64,000 nucleotides of DNA from an uncultured delta proteobacterium (GTDB lineage: Bacteria; Myxococcota_A; UBA9160; SZUA-336). Shown in pieces: positions 50,286 through 63,225 of this stretch (the stretch's first letter is position 1; each line of letters opens with the position of its first letter). The notes below the pieces were generated by a model. That model made no database searches. It was not told the origin of the DNA and saw only the letters and a list, made by a program, of their open reading frames with translations. Location: assembly GCA_963704165.1 (NCBI GenBank), contig CAVPHD010000009.1, positions 128,001-192,000 of the forward strand, read 5' to 3'. Position numbers and translations under genes: made by a program.

Positions 50286-51056
50286 TTGGCTGTGAAGCCG
50301 GGCTCGTTCCGTCGATTCGCGCTCGCCGCCGGAATCCTTTCGATCGCGCTGTGGCTCGCGCCCGCTCTGCTCGTCCGGCCTCTCGCCGTGCGTCTCGCGG
50401 GGGCCGCGGGAGTCGCGCTCGAGCTCGACGGCGTGCGTCCCGCGCTGCCGTGGGGCGTCGTGATCCGGAGGGCCGTCGTCACGCGCGATGGTTTCGAGGT
50501 CGAGCTCGGTCCGATCCGCGCGCAGCTGCTTCCGACCGGCGGGCGCGCGGAGGCGAGGGTCGGCGCGGGATCCCTGCTGCTCCGCACCGAGGGGCTCGGA
50601 CTCCGGAGCGGCGTGCTGCGCGCGCAGGCGCTCCCGCTCGATCGCTTCGAGCGATTCGCGCCGCAAGGATTCGCGCTGCGCGGAACCGCCGACGGTGTCT
50701 ACCACTTTGGCACCCGCGAGGAGCTCGAGCTCACGCTGAGCCGCGGCGCGGTCGTGCTCCGCGCTCCGATGGTTTTCGATCTCGAGTTTGCACAGCTCGT
50801 CGTCGCGGCCGCGCGCGAGCCGGGCGGCGGGTGGCGCGTGGACTTCGCCGATCTGCGCGGCCCGCCTCTCTCGGGAAGCGCACGGGGGCGGATCCGGGCC
50901 GACGGCAGGATCGCGCTCACCCTCGAGATCACGCAGCTCGAGGAGCCGGCGCGCTCGGCATTCGACATGGCGGCTCTGCCGACCGGGCCGATCCCCTACC
51001 AGGCCGAGCTCGGCGGCACGCTCGAGGCGCCGGTCTTCTCGGCGGTGTCGCGGTAG
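50286..51056 (+). CDS. gspN: Type II secretion GspN-like protein
   Basis: N-terminal hydrophobic anchor, beta-rich body ending LGGTLEAP; last gene of the gsp cluster. Confidence 0.65.
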   Translation: MAVKPGSFRRFALAAGILSIALWLAPALLVRPLAVRLAGAAGVALELDGVRPALPWGVVIRRAVVTRDGFEVELGPIRAQLLPTGGRAEARVGAGSLLLRTEGLGLRSGVLRAQALPLDRFERFAPQGFALRGTADGVYHFGTREELELTLSRGAVVLRAPMVFDLEFAQLVVAAAREPGGGWRVDFADLRGPPLSGSARGRIRADGRIALTLEITQLEEPARSAFDMAALPTGPIPYQAELGGTLEAPVFSAVSR

Positions 51057-51060
51057 CCGA

Positions 51061-51771
51061 TTGAGTGCGCGGCTCTCGGTTCTGCTTCTCGACGCGGTCG
51101 GCACGCTCATCCGCCTGCGCGAGCCCGCGGCCGCGGTCTACGTGCGCGTCGCCGCGCGGCACGGGCTCGTGCGCGTTCGGCCCGACGTCGAACGCGCGCT
51201 CGAGGCCGTGCGGATCGCACCACCGCCGCTCGACGGCGTTCCGCTCGCGGAGATCCCCGCACACGAGCGCGAAGGCTGGCGCGCGATCGTGCGCGCGGTG
51301 CTCGGCGAGGCGGCGTCGGACGGTCCCTGCTTCGACGATCTGTACGCGGCGTTCGCTCGACCCGAAGCCTGGCAACTCATCGACGGAGCGCGCGATGCAC
51401 TTCGAACGGCGCGCGCGCTCGGCCTGCGCTGCGCGGTCGTCTCGAACATGGACTCCCGACTGCCCGGCGTGCTGGCGGGACTCGGCGTGGCCGAAGCGAT
51501 CGACGCGATCGTCCTTCCGTCGAGCTGTGGATTCGCCAAGCCGGACCCGCGGATCTTCGCATTCGCGCTCGCGCGCCTCGGCGTTCCCGCCGATCAGGCC
51601 CTCTACGTCGGCGATCGCGAGATCGATTGCGTCGCGTCCGCGCGCAGCGCGGGCGTGCACGCCTGGCGTCTCGACCCGGCTGCCCCGTCGGACGTCGCGA
51701 ACGTCCTCCGCGGCTGGGCCGAGCTCGAGAGCGGACTCTCCACCTTCGCGCGCCCGCCCCACTCCGGGTAG
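51061..51771 (+). CDS. HAD-superfamily hydrolase (REG-2-like)
   Basis: LLDAVGTLI, VVSNMD, FAKPDPRIF, YVGD. Confidence 0.85.
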   Translation: MSARLSVLLLDAVGTLIRLREPAAAVYVRVAARHGLVRVRPDVERALEAVRIAPPPLDGVPLAEIPAHEREGWRAIVRAVLGEAASDGPCFDDLYAAFARPEAWQLIDGARDALRTARALGLRCAVVSNMDSRLPGVLAGLGVAEAIDAIVLPSSCGFAKPDPRIFAFALARLGVPADQALYVGDREIDCVASARSAGVHAWRLDPAAPSDVANVLRGWAELESGLSTFARPPHSG

Positions 51772-51780
51772 AGTGCAGCG

Positions 51781-52647
51781 ATGGACTCCATGTGGGGCAT
51801 GAAGCTCGCCGACGTCGAGCGCTGGTCGGCGCGCGTGGTCGTGGTCCGGGGACAGAACCCCGGACCGTTCACGGGGCCCGGCACGAACAGCTACCTCGTC
51901 GGAACCGGCTCACGGCCCCTGCTGATCGATCCGGGATCGGGCGTTCCGAGCTACCTGCCTCTGCTCGAAGAGGCGCTCGTGCGCGAGGTCGGCGGCGAAG
52001 CCCCTGCGGAGATCCTCGTCACGCACGTGCACCCGGATCACATCGGCGGCGCCGCGGACGTGCTCGCGCGCTTCGGCCCGCTTCGCGTCTCGAAAATGCC
52101 CTGGCCCGGAAGGGACGAACGCTTCGGCCTCACGCTCGATCCGATTCGCGAGGGCGACGTCTTTCGAACCGACGGCGCGACGCTGCGCGCGATCCACACG
52201 CCCGGCCACGCGCAGGATCACATCTGCTTCTACCTGGAAGAAGAGCGCGCGCTCTTCACCGGAGACGTCGTGCTCGGCGCGGGTACCACCGTGATTCCCC
52301 TCGATGGTGGCGACATGGGCCTCTACCTCGCGTCGCTCGAGCGCATGCTCGATCTCGAGCTCGAGCGGATCTACCCGGGCCACGGTCCGCTCATCCCCGA
52401 TCCGAAGGCGAAGCTGCGCGAGTACATCGAGCACCGTCACGAGCGCGAGCGACAGATCGTCGCGGCGGTGCGCGCGGGCGCGACCACCGTCGAGCGCATG
52501 GTCGAGCGCATCTACACCGAGACGCCACGCAAGCTCTGGCCCGCCGCCGGGCAATCCGTGCTCTCCCACCTGTGCAAGCTCGAGCGAGAGCAGCGCGCGG
52601 AGCGCAGCCGGGATGCCGGCGGCGAGGAGCACTGGGCGGTCTCGTGA
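51781..52647 (+). CDS. Metallo-beta-lactamase fold hydrolase (LACTB2-like)
   Basis: NPGPFTGPGTNSYLVG, THVHPDHIGG, HTPGHAQDH, FTGD, PGHG. Confidence 0.88.
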   Translation: MDSMWGMKLADVERWSARVVVVRGQNPGPFTGPGTNSYLVGTGSRPLLIDPGSGVPSYLPLLEEALVREVGGEAPAEILVTHVHPDHIGGAADVLARFGPLRVSKMPWPGRDERFGLTLDPIREGDVFRTDGATLRAIHTPGHAQDHICFYLEEERALFTGDVVLGAGTTVIPLDGGDMGLYLASLERMLDLELERIYPGHGPLIPDPKAKLREYIEHRHERERQIVAAVRAGATTVERMVERIYTETPRKLWPAAGQSVLSHLCKLEREQRAERSRDAGGEEHWAVS

Positions 52648-53363
52648 ACGAGCCCGGGACACTGCTCGAGCGAATGGCCTCGACGAACCGCGCCACGCAG
52701 CGCGGCGCATGCGACGAGGCGCGCGAACGCCTGCGCAAGGAGCCCGATCTTCGCGATTCGCTCCGCGCGCTGCTGCTCGCCGAGAACAGGATCGCGCGCT
52801 TCTCCGCGGTCTGGGTGCTGTTTCACTCCGAACGACCGACGCTGCGGCTGCTGCCGGCGCTTCTCGACGCGCTCGAGCTCGTCGACGGCGACCTGCGCTG
52901 GCAGGCCGCGCAGATGCTCACCACGCTCGGCCGACTCACGCCCGAGGTCCTGCCCGTCGTGCTGCAGCAGGCGAACGCGGCCGAGTCCGCCGTCCGTCGC
53001 CGGATGGCCATGTTCGTGCTGCGCGAGCTCGCGCCCGAGCGGGCCGAGACCGGAGCGGTCTACCTGCGGGCGCTCGAGGATCCCGACGCGGACGTGCGTC
53101 GTGCGGCCCTGTCCTGCTTCGCCAAGCTCAGCGATCCCGAGCCCGAGCTCGCGCGCCGCGCGCTCGAGCTCGCGCGGGGCGCCGACCCGGACCCGCGCAT
53201 GGCGCGGATCGCGACGGTCGTGCTGCCCGATCTGGCGCGGTATCACCCCGAACTCCGCGCGGAGATCGACGTCGCGCTCGGCGAGCTCGCGAGCTCGCCC
53301 GATCCCTCGCTCGTTCGCGGCGCGCAGGCGGCGCGCCAGCGCTTGGGTGACGGACATGGCTGA
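52644..53363 (+). CDS. HEAT/armadillo-repeat protein
   Basis: Repeated helical units such as LEDPDADVRRAAL and DGDLRWQAA; overlaps both neighbours. Confidence 0.7.
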   Translation: MNEPGTLLERMASTNRATQRGACDEARERLRKEPDLRDSLRALLLAENRIARFSAVWVLFHSERPTLRLLPALLDALELVDGDLRWQAAQMLTTLGRLTPEVLPVVLQQANAAESAVRRRMAMFVLRELAPERAETGAVYLRALEDPDADVRRAALSCFAKLSDPEPELARRALELARGADPDPRMARIATVVLPDLARYHPELRAEIDVALGELASSPDPSLVRGAQAARQRLGDGHG

Positions 53364-53946
53364 AACCACGCGCGCGCTCGTGCTCGCATCGCGTTCTCCG
53401 CGCCGACGCGAGCTGCTCGCGGCCGCCGGCTTCGGATTCGAGATCAAAGAACCCGACATCGACGAGCGCGCCCTCGCCGGGGAGTCCCCCGAGGCGCAGG
53501 CGCGAAGGCTCGCACTCGAGAAGGCCGACGCCGTCGCTTCGCGGTTTCCCGACGACGCCTGCGTGCTCGCCGCCGACACCCTCGTCGTCGTCGATTCCGA
53601 CGTGCTCGGCAAACCGCGCGACGAGGACGAGGCGGTCGCGATGCTGCTGCGCATCCAGGGCCGAAGCCATCGCGTGCTGACCGGCTTCGCGGTCGTCGTC
53701 CGCGCGCTCGACGTCGAGGATGCCGGCGTCGTCGAGAGCGTGGTGCGGATGCACGCGATCGATCGCGAGACGGCGCGCGCGTACGCGCGCACGGGCGAGC
53801 CGCTCGACAAGGCGGGTGCCTACGCCGCCCAGGGTGAGGGCGGGCGTTTCGTCGCCGAGATCTTCGGCTCGCGCGCAAACGTGATCGGCCTGCCGATGGA
53901 GGCGGTCGTTCCCCGACTTGCGCGCGTGGGGGTGGAGCCGGCATGA
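53356..53946 (+). CDS. maf: Maf family nucleoside triphosphate pyrophosphatase
   Basis: LVLASRSPRRRELL, ADTLV...LGKP, EPLDKAGAYAAQ, NVIGLP. Confidence 0.93.
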   Translation: MAETTRALVLASRSPRRRELLAAAGFGFEIKEPDIDERALAGESPEAQARRLALEKADAVASRFPDDACVLAADTLVVVDSDVLGKPRDEDEAVAMLLRIQGRSHRVLTGFAVVVRALDVEDAGVVESVVRMHAIDRETARAYARTGEPLDKAGAYAAQGEGGRFVAEIFGSRANVIGLPMEAVVPRLARVGVEPA

Positions 53947-54650
53947 ACGAGATCGCCGAACGGCTCGCAGTTCTGCGCGCGCGGATCGAGCGTGCCGCAC
54001 ACGCCGTTGGCCGCGATCCGAGCGCGGTGAAGCTTCTCGCGGTCTCGAAGACGCAATCGCCCGCGCGAGTCCTCGAGGCCGTGCGCGCGGGGCTGCACGC
54101 CTTCGGCGAGAACCGGGTTCAAGAAGCCGCCCAGAAGATCCCCGAGATCACAGCCGGTTGCGAGACGCAGCTCGAGTGGCACTTGATTGGTGGCCTGCAG
54201 CGAAACAAGGCGCGCCGCGCCGTCGAGCTGTTCTCGGTGATCGAATCGGTCGATCGCAGCGAGCTGCTCGTGGCGCTCGAGAAGGCGGCGTCGGACCACG
54301 GCGTGCGGCCGCGAATCCTGCTGCAGGTCAACGTCGATCGCGAGCCGCAGAAGAACGGTTGCATGCCCTCGAAGCTCGCCGCGCTCGCGTCCGAGGCCGA
54401 CGCGTGTCCCAATCTCGAGCTGATCGGACTGATGGCGATCCCGCGCGCCTGGGACAACCCGGAGCAGGTCCGCCCGGCGTTCGCTCGTCTGCGCGGACTG
54501 CTCGCGGATCTCAACCGGTCGCGCCCGCCGGAGCGCGCCCTGACCGAGCTCTCCATGGGCATGACGAGCGACTTCGAAGTCGCGGTGCAGGAGGGCGCGA
54601 CATCGTTGCGCATCGGCACCGCCCTCTTTGGCGACCGGGAGAAAGCGTGA
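53943..54650 (+). CDS. yggS: PLP homeostasis protein YggS
   Basis: LLAVSKTQ, FGENRVQE, WHLIGGLQRNK, LSMGMTSDFEVAVQEGAT..RIGTALFG. Confidence 0.95.
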   Translation: MNEIAERLAVLRARIERAAHAVGRDPSAVKLLAVSKTQSPARVLEAVRAGLHAFGENRVQEAAQKIPEITAGCETQLEWHLIGGLQRNKARRAVELFSVIESVDRSELLVALEKAASDHGVRPRILLQVNVDREPQKNGCMPSKLAALASEADACPNLELIGLMAIPRAWDNPEQVRPAFARLRGLLADLNRSRPPERALTELSMGMTSDFEVAVQEGATSLRIGTALFGDREKA

Positions 54651-55456
54651 TGGGATTGCCCGGAACCGTCGGAACGATCGGTGCCGGAAACATGGCCGAG
54701 GCGATCCTGCGCGGGTTGCTCCGTGCGGGCATCGCGCCCGACGCGCTCTGCGCCGCCGATCCCGACGCGAACCGCCGCCAGCGGATGCAGGAGCTCGGCG
54801 TGCGCGCGACGTCGAGCAATCTCGACGTGGTGCGGACGTCCGAGCTGGTCGTGCTGGCGGTGAAGCCGCAGCAGCTCGCGGAGGCGGCCTCCGCGCTTCC
54901 GCGCGATGGTGGCCCGCTCTACCTGTCGATCGTCGCGGGCGTCACGACGAGCGCGCTGCGCGAACGACTCGGCGCGAGCGCACGAATCGTGCGCAGCATG
55001 CCCAACACGCCGGCGTTGATCGGCGCCGGAATCAGCGCGGTCGCCGCCGACACGGGCGCCGCGCCGGCGGATCTCGACCTCGCCTGCGCGGTGCTGCAAG
55101 CGGTGGGCTCGGTCGTCCGGGTCTCGGAGTCCGCACTCGACGCGGTGACGGGCCTCTCCGGATCCGGCCCGGCCTACGTGTTCGCATTCATCGAGGCCCT
55201 GACCGAGGCAGGCGAGCGCGAAGGCCTCCCGATCGAGATCGCGCGCTCGCTCGCGATCGAAACCGTCCACGGTGCCGCGCGCCTCGCGCTCGACTCCGGC
55301 GAGGATCCCGCCGTGCTGCGCGCGCGCGTCACCTCGCCCGGCGGCACCACGCTCGCCGGGCTGAACGCCCTATCCGAGGCGGGGTTTCGGGAGGCGATTC
55401 TGGCGGCGGTACGGCAGGCCACGGCGCGCTCGAAGGAGCTCGCGGGCGGCGGCTAG
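54650..55456 (+). CDS. proC: Pyrroline-5-carboxylate reductase
   Basis: IGAGNMA, LAVKPQ, RSMPNTP, TGLSGSGPAY, VTSPGGTT. Confidence 0.96.
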   Translation: MGLPGTVGTIGAGNMAEAILRGLLRAGIAPDALCAADPDANRRQRMQELGVRATSSNLDVVRTSELVVLAVKPQQLAEAASALPRDGGPLYLSIVAGVTTSALRERLGASARIVRSMPNTPALIGAGISAVAADTGAAPADLDLACAVLQAVGSVVRVSESALDAVTGLSGSGPAYVFAFIEALTEAGEREGLPIEIARSLAIETVHGAARLALDSGEDPAVLRARVTSPGGTTLAGLNALSEAGFREAILAAVRQATARSKELAGGG

Positions 55457-55531
55457 GGCCCTCCCGCGCGCTGCTCGCGCCGACGTTCCACTCAAGGCGC
55501 AGCGGGTTTCGGCCGATTCTGCTTGCTAGAG

Positions 55532-55999
55532 ATGCGCCTCACCCCGCTCGAAATCCGGCAGCACCAGTTCACGACCCGCCTGCGCGGTTACGACACCGCC
55601 GAGGTCGGCGCCTTTCTCGAGACCGTCGTCGCCGATTTCGAAGACGTCGTGCGCGAGAACGCCCAGCTGCGACGCGAGGCGGAGCGGCTGGCCCGCGAGC
55701 TCGACGCGTACCGCGCGCGCGAGAAGACGATCCAAGACACCCTGACCACCGCGCAGACCGTGGTGGAGCAGCTCAAGCGCACCGCGATCAAAGAGAGCGA
55801 GACGCTCGTCGTCGATGCGGAGCTGCGGGCGGAGAAGATCGTCGCCGAGGCGCGCGAGCGCCGCGCCGAGCTCGCGAGCGAGATTCGAGAGCAGCGCTAC
55901 CTGCGCCAGCGACTCGAGCTCGATCTGCGCCGCGCGCTCGAGGGCTACGCGAAGATGATCGACGCCTTCTCGTCCAGCGACGACCTCGAAGATCCGTAG
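55532..55999 (+). CDS. DivIVA-domain protein
   Basis: MRLTPLEIRQHQFTTRLRGYDTAEVGAFL followed by coiled coil. Confidence 0.9.
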   Translation: MRLTPLEIRQHQFTTRLRGYDTAEVGAFLETVVADFEDVVRENAQLRREAERLARELDAYRAREKTIQDTLTTAQTVVEQLKRTAIKESETLVVDAELRAEKIVAEARERRAELASEIREQRYLRQRLELDLRRALEGYAKMIDAFSSSDDLEDP

Positions 56000-56094
56000 C
56001 GACGTTCGCCAAGCCCTGCCCGCGCGGTTTGACCCACCCGAAGGGCTGGCCTAGATTGCGCCGCGCTCGCGGATTCCCGAGGAGAATCGAGTAG

Positions 56095-56406
56095 ATGCCG
56101 ACGTACGAGTACGAGTGCTCGAAGGGTCACCGGTTCGAGGTCGAGCAGTCGATTCACGATCCCGCCCTGAAACGCTGCCGTGTCTGCCGATCGAAAGTGC
56201 AGCGTCTGATCTCCGCGAGCGCGTTCATCCTGAAGGGCGGCGGCTGGTACTCCGACGGCTACGGAAGCTCGAAGTCGACTTCGAAGACCGAGGCCGGTTC
56301 GGAATCGAAGGGCGAGTCCAAGTCGGAATCCAAGCCGGCCGCGAAGTCCGATGCGAAATCCACGACGAAACCGTCCGGGGGCTCCGCCGCGGGCAGCGGA
56401 ACTTGA
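56095..56406 (+). CDS. FmdB family zinc-ribbon protein
   Basis: [13 protein letters not shown]...C..C...RLISAS.F.LKGGGWY; low-complexity S/K/E tail. Confidence 0.9.
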   Translation: MPTYEYECSKGHRFEVEQSIHDPALKRCRVCRSKVQRLISASAFILKGGGWYSDGYGSSKSTSKTEAGSESKGESKSESKPAAKSDAKSTTKPSGGSAAGSGT

Positions 56407-57251
56407 CCCGGATCGCGAGCGGCAAGGAGCTCGCCGAAGAGATCCTCGCCGACGTACGCAAACGCGTGTCGGAGGTCCGCGGCGGCCCACCGTGCCTCGC
56501 GGTCGTCCTGGTCGGCGAAGACCCCGCCTCGCAGATCTACGTGCGCAACAAGGGCCGCGCCGCGCGCGCGTGTGGAATCGAGTCGCGCGAGATCCGGCTC
56601 CCCGAGACGGCCAGCGAAGCGGAAGTGCTCGCGGTCGTCGCCGGACTCAACGCGGATCCCGGCGTGCACGGCTTCCTCGTGCAGCTTCCGCTTCCCGCGG
56701 GGATCGACGCCGGGCGCGTCGCGCTCGCGATCGACCCCGACAAGGACGTCGACGGCCTGCACCCGCTGAACGCGGGGCGCCTGGTCGCGAACGAGCGCGC
56801 GTTGGTCTCGTGCACGCCGCTCGGCTGCATCTACATCCTCGACCGATTCAACGTGCCGATCGAGGGCGCGAACGCGGTCGTGATCGGCCGCAGCAACATC
56901 GTCGGCAAGCCGGTCTCGCTCCTGCTCCTGCACCGAAACGCGACCGTCACGATCTGTCACTCGCGCACGCGCGACCTGCCCGAGATCGTGCGGCGCGCGG
57001 ACATCGTCGTCGCCGCGCTGGGCAAGCCGCGCTTCGTGAAGGGCGACTGGATTCGCGAGGGCGCAGCCGTGATCGACGTCGGCGTGAATCGGGTCGACGG
57101 AAAAATCGTCGGCGACGTAGACTTCGAGCAGGCGAATGGCCGGGCAGGCGTGCTGACGCCGGTACCGGGGGGAGTGGGCCTGTTGACGGTCGCGATGCTG
57201 CTGCGAAACACCGTGCAGGCCTTCGAAACCCTGAGCGCCGCCGCGACGTGA
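56403..57251 (+). CDS. folD: Bifunctional methylene-THF dehydrogenase/cyclohydrolase
   Basis: [46 protein letters not shown]. Confidence 0.96.
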   Translation: MTRIASGKELAEEILADVRKRVSEVRGGPPCLAVVLVGEDPASQIYVRNKGRAARACGIESREIRLPETASEAEVLAVVAGLNADPGVHGFLVQLPLPAGIDAGRVALAIDPDKDVDGLHPLNAGRLVANERALVSCTPLGCIYILDRFNVPIEGANAVVIGRSNIVGKPVSLLLLHRNATVTICHSRTRDLPEIVRRADIVVAALGKPRFVKGDWIREGAAVIDVGVNRVDGKIVGDVDFEQANGRAGVLTPVPGGVGLLTVAMLLRNTVQAFETLSAAAT

Positions 57252-58354
57252 GCCCGACCGAGCCGGAGCCCGGATTGTGCCGCACGCCGATCTGGGGGCG
57301 GCACGTCGAAGCCGGTGCGCGCATGGTTCCGTTCGCGGGCTTCGACATGCCCGTGGTCTACAGCTCGATCCTCGACGAGCACCGCGCCGTACGCGAACGA
57401 GCGGGGCTCTTCGACGTCTCCCACATGGGCGAGCTGCGCCTGCGCGGACCGAAAGCGCTCGAATTCGCGCAGCGGATCTTCACGAACGACGTCGCCGGCA
57501 CCCGGCCGGGCCGCGTCCGCTACGGGCTTCTCTGCGCGGAGAGCGGAGGGATCGTCGACGACGTGACGCTCTACCGTTCCGGCGATCGCGAGGTCCTGTT
57601 GTGCGTGAACGCTTCGAATACCGCGAACGTGCTCGCCTGGTTGCGCGAGGTGCGCGCCTCGAGCGGCCTCGACTGTGAAGTCTGCGACGAGAGCGACGCG
57701 ACCGGACTCTTCGCCGTGCAGGGACCCGAGGCGCTCGCGATCACGTCCCGATTGCTCCCGCGCGATTTTCGTCCCCCGAAGCGATGGAACTTCGCGGATG
57801 CCGAGGTGGCGGGGATTCCCGTCCTGCTCTCCCGGACCGGCTACACCGGCGAGGACGGCTACGAGATCTTCGCGCCCGCCGACCGGAGCGTCGCGCTCTG
57901 GGACGCGCTCCGCGAAGCGGGTGGCGACGCCCTCGCACTCGCGGGTCTGGGCGCGCGCGACACGCTCCGAACCGAGATGGCGTACCCGCTCTACGGCCAC
58001 GAGCTCGACCTCGAGCACGATCCGATCGAGGCCGGGCTCGAGCGCTTCGTCGCGTTCGGGCGCGGGTTCTGCGGCGAGCCTGCGCTGCGAAAACGCGTGG
58101 ACGAAGGCCCGCGGCGCCGGCTCGTCGGCCTGGTGCTCGAAGGGCGACAGGTCGCCCGGCCGGGTTTCCGGATCGTCTCGCCCAAGGGCGACGGCATCGT
58201 CACCAGCGGCACCTACGCGCCGAGTGTCGATCGCGCGATCGCGCTAGGCTACGTTCCGGCCGAGTTCGCAGCGGGTGCGCGACTTTACGTCGAGATTCGA
58301 GGCAAGAACATGCCCTGCACGATCGTCTCGACGCCGTTCTACACGAGAGGCTAG
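57248..58354 (+). CDS. gcvT: Glycine cleavage system T protein
   Basis: [49 protein letters not shown]. Confidence 0.96.
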   Translation: MSPTEPEPGLCRTPIWGRHVEAGARMVPFAGFDMPVVYSSILDEHRAVRERAGLFDVSHMGELRLRGPKALEFAQRIFTNDVAGTRPGRVRYGLLCAESGGIVDDVTLYRSGDREVLLCVNASNTANVLAWLREVRASSGLDCEVCDESDATGLFAVQGPEALAITSRLLPRDFRPPKRWNFADAEVAGIPVLLSRTGYTGEDGYEIFAPADRSVALWDALREAGGDALALAGLGARDTLRTEMAYPLYGHELDLEHDPIEAGLERFVAFGRGFCGEPALRKRVDEGPRRRLVGLVLEGRQVARPGFRIVSPKGDGIVTSGTYAPSVDRAIALGYVPAEFAAGARLYVEIRGKNMPCTIVSTPFYTRG

Positions 58355-58372
58355 GAACAGCGGAAGTTTGCA

Positions 58373-58780
58373 ATGGCAGATCACCACTACGAGATTCCCG
58401 AGGACTGTCACTACACCGAGTCGGACGAGTGGGTCCGCGTCGATGGCGCCAGCGTGCGGATCGGCATCACCGACTACGCGCAATCGGAGCTGAACGACAT
58501 CGTCTTCGTCGAGCTCCCCGAGCGCGGACTGCAGCTCGAGGTCGGCCAGGCGTTCGGCGTCGTCGAGTCGGTGAAGGCCGTGAGCGATCTGCTCGCGCCG
58601 ATCGCCGGCGAGGTGACGGAGGTCCACGCGAAGCTCGCCGACCATCCCGAGTGGCTGAACGAAGACGCGTACGGCCGCGGTTGGATCATCGCGATGACGC
58701 CCGAGGACATGGATGCGCTCGACGGGCTGATGTCCGCGACCGAGTATCGAGCCCACGTGAAGGCGCGCGCCGGGAAGTGA
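58373..58780 (+). CDS. gcvH: Glycine cleavage system H protein
   Basis: GITDYAQSEL.DIVFVELP, lipoyl site VESVKAVSD, N.DAYG.GWI. Confidence 0.96.
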   Translation: MADHHYEIPEDCHYTESDEWVRVDGASVRIGITDYAQSELNDIVFVELPERGLQLEVGQAFGVVESVKAVSDLLAPIAGEVTEVHAKLADHPEWLNEDAYGRGWIIAMTPEDMDALDGLMSATEYRAHVKARAGK

Positions 58781-60102
58781 GCTACGCGCCCCACACGCCC
58801 GCAGAGATTCGCGCGATGCTCTCGCGCGTGGGCGCGAGTTCGCCGGAGGCGCTCTTCGACTCCGTTCCTGCGTCGCTGCGGAACCGCGCCGAGCTGAAGC
58901 TCGCACCCGCTCTCGACGAGCGCGCCTTGCTGCGCCACTTCGCGACGCTCGCGGCCGAGAACACCTCGGTCGAGAGCGGCCCGAGCTTTCTCGGCGCGGG
59001 CGCCTATCACCATTTCATTCCCGCGGCCGTCGATGCGCTCTCGTCGCGGGGCGAGTTCATGACCGCCTACACGCCCTACCAGGCCGAGATCAGCCAGGGC
59101 ACGCTGCAGATGATCTTCGAGTTCCAGACGTTGATCTGTCAGCTGACCGGGCTCGAGGTCGCGAATGCGTCGATCTACGACGGCGCCTCCGCGTTGGCGG
59201 AGGCCGCGCTGATGGCTTCGCGCGTCACGCGTCGGACACGGATTTGTGTCAGCGCGGGACTGCATCCACACTGGCGCGAGGTCTTGCGCACCTACACCGA
59301 GGGCGTCGGCCTCGTCCTCGACACGCTGCCGCTCGACGAGACCGGCCGCACGGTCACGAGCGGGGTCCCGACCGACACGGCCGCCGTCATCGTCCAGTCG
59401 CCGAACTTCTTCGGCTGCATCGAGGAGCTCGGCCCGGCGGCCGAGGCCGCCCACGCTTCGGGTGCGCTCGCGATCGCGGCGACGGCGGAAGCGCTCTCGC
59501 TTGCGCTGCTCCGCTCACCCGGAGAGCTCGGCTGCGACATCGCCTGCGGCGAGGCACAGTCGTTCGGCCTGCCCCTGTCCTTCGGCGGTCCGTACGCGGG
59601 CTTCCTCGCCGCGCGCGAGAAATTCGTGCGCCAGCTCCCCGGCCGCCTGATCGGCGAGAGCGTCGACTCGTCGGGCCAACGCGCGTTCGTGATGACGCTG
59701 ACCACACGCGAGCAACACATCCGGCGCGAGAAGGCGACGAGCAACATCTGCACGAATCAGGGCCTGTGCGCGCTTCGCGTCACGATCTGGCTCTCGCTGC
59801 TCGGGAAGGCGGGCGTCCGGCGGCTCGCCGAGATCAACCTCGCGCTCTCCAGCCACGCGCGCCGGGCCTGTGCGAACGCCGGACTCGTGCTCCCCTACTC
59901 GGCGCCGGTGTTCAACGAGTTCGTCGTCGCGGTTCCCGACCTCGCGCGCAAGCTCGACGAACTCTCGGCGCAGGGCATTCAAGGCGGGCGCTCCGACTCG
60001 CGCCGGCTTCGATCCGGGCGGCCACGACGATCAGCTGCTCGTCTGCACGACCGAGATGAACACGCGCGCCGAGATCGATGCGCTCGTGCGCGGACTCGAA
60101 AC

Positions 60103-60106
<4 letters not shown>
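58777..60106 (+). CDS. gcvPA: Glycine dehydrogenase subunit 1 (frameshift near 59990)
   Basis: FLGAGAYHH, TAYTPYQAEISQG, NASIYDGA, FGGPY.G, REQHIRREKATSNICTNQ; end LVCTTEMN in the next frame. Confidence 0.93.
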
Positions 60107-61590
<1,484 letters not shown>

Positions 61591-61594
<4 letters not shown>

Positions 61595-63223
61595 TTCGAG
61601 CGCTCGCGCTCCTCGTGGTGACGCTCGCCAGCGTCACGGCCGCCACGCACGCCCGCGCTCAGAATCCGTTCGCGAGCGACCTCAGCGTCGAGCGCGAGCA
61701 GGAAATGACGGCGCAGATCCACGCTCAGATCCGCTCGCAGGTGAAGCTCGTCACCGATCCGGTACTCGTCGGCTACGTCCAGGACGTCGGCCAGGGTCTC
61801 GCTCGGACGACCGAGCCCCAGCCTTTCATCTTCCGCTTCTTCCTGATCGACGATCCCGCGCTGAACGCGTTCACGATCGGCGGCGGCTACGTCTACATCA
61901 CGACGGGCGTGCTCGGCCAGGCCGGCGACGTGAACGAGTTCGCCGGCGTCCTCGCCCACGAGATCGGGCACGTCGAGATGCGCCACATTGCGCGGCGCAG
62001 CGAAGGCCAGGGGCTCGCAACGCTGGCGACGCTCGCGAGCCTTGCGGCGGTGATCGCAGGAGCGGACCCCGGCGTCATCGTCGCGACCCAGGGTCTGAAC
62101 GTCTCGCTCCAGCTCAAGCATTCGCGCGCGTTCGAGGAAGAAGCCGACCGTGAAGGGATCGCGATCATGACTGCCGGGGGCTACGACCCGGACGGAATGA
62201 CGCGTTTCTTCCAGCGCATCCTCGCCGCGAATCCCGACGCCGGCGCCGGCATCCCCGCCTATCTCTTCACACACCCCGCGGTGAAGGAGCGCATCGCCGC
62301 GACCAAGGTCGAGATCGCGCGAAGCGGATCACGGGCCTCACCGCCGAACGCGGCTCCGCCGGCACGCACCGGGCCCGACTCCGACGCTGCGAAGTCCGAA
62401 GCCGCCACCGGGGTGGGAATCCCACCGGTCGCCCCGTCGGAGATCGACATCGCGAATCGACGCCTGGTCCAGGTGCAGGCGCGGCTGGCGGAGCTCTCCG
62501 CGCGCGGCTCACTCGCCGGTCTGCAGGCGCGCGCGACGTTCGACGCCTCGAAGACGGACCCACTGATCTCGCAGGCGCACGAAGCACGGACCGACGGCGA
62601 CGATGTGCAGGCGGACGCATGGCTCGCGGAAGCCGAGGCACTCGAGCCCGGAGATCCGCGCGTGGCGCTCGCCCGCGCGGAGCTCGCGATCGCGGAGGGC
62701 GATCTTCCGCGAGCGAGAGCACAGCTCGAACGCGCGCTCGCGCTCGATCCGAACGTCGCGCTCGTGCAGTACCAGCTCGGCACCGTCTACGCGCGGCTCG
62801 GCGAGAAGTCGCGCGCCGCCTTCTACCTCGAGCAGTCGGTCGCGAACTTCCGACCCGACACCGGGGCGCGTCGGCGCGCCGAATTCGAGCTCGCGCGGCT
62901 CGAGTTCCCGATCCTGCAGGCGAACGGATTCGCGACACGCGGCAAGAAGACCCGGAGCACGACGTTCGCGCGCGGCGAGAGCGTCACCTGGTGGGGTGAT
63001 GTCAGCCCGCGCTTCTATCCGATGAATCCCCGTTTCCTGGTGCGCTGGCGCGCCCCGTCGGGCGAGTCCGTTTTGCAGGAAACCCTGCAGATGAGTCCGG
63101 GCGGACATGTCGCATCGGTGCTCCGAACAGGCGAGTCGGCGGTCGGCTCGTGGCGAATCGAGATCAGCGTCGAGGACGCGGTGATCGAGACGTTGGAGTT
63201 CGAGCTCTCGGCCGGAACGCTAG
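61591..63223 (+). CDS. M48 family metalloprotease (BepA/YfgC-like) with TPRs and extra C-terminal beta domain; 3' end uncertain
   Basis: Signal peptide, NAFTIGGGYVY, LAHEIGH, EEEADREG, YLFTHP..ERI, TPR-like repeats. As given, the ORF reads on into the next gene; a TAG at 63221 is out of frame. Confidence 0.85.
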
Positions 63224-63225
63224 AC

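Noticed and set aside
56270..56400. Short repeated units (TCGAAG/TCCAAG...) as a CRISPR or tandem repeat
   Set aside because: They encode the low-complexity S/K/E tail of the FmdB-family protein; no constant repeat-spacer structure.
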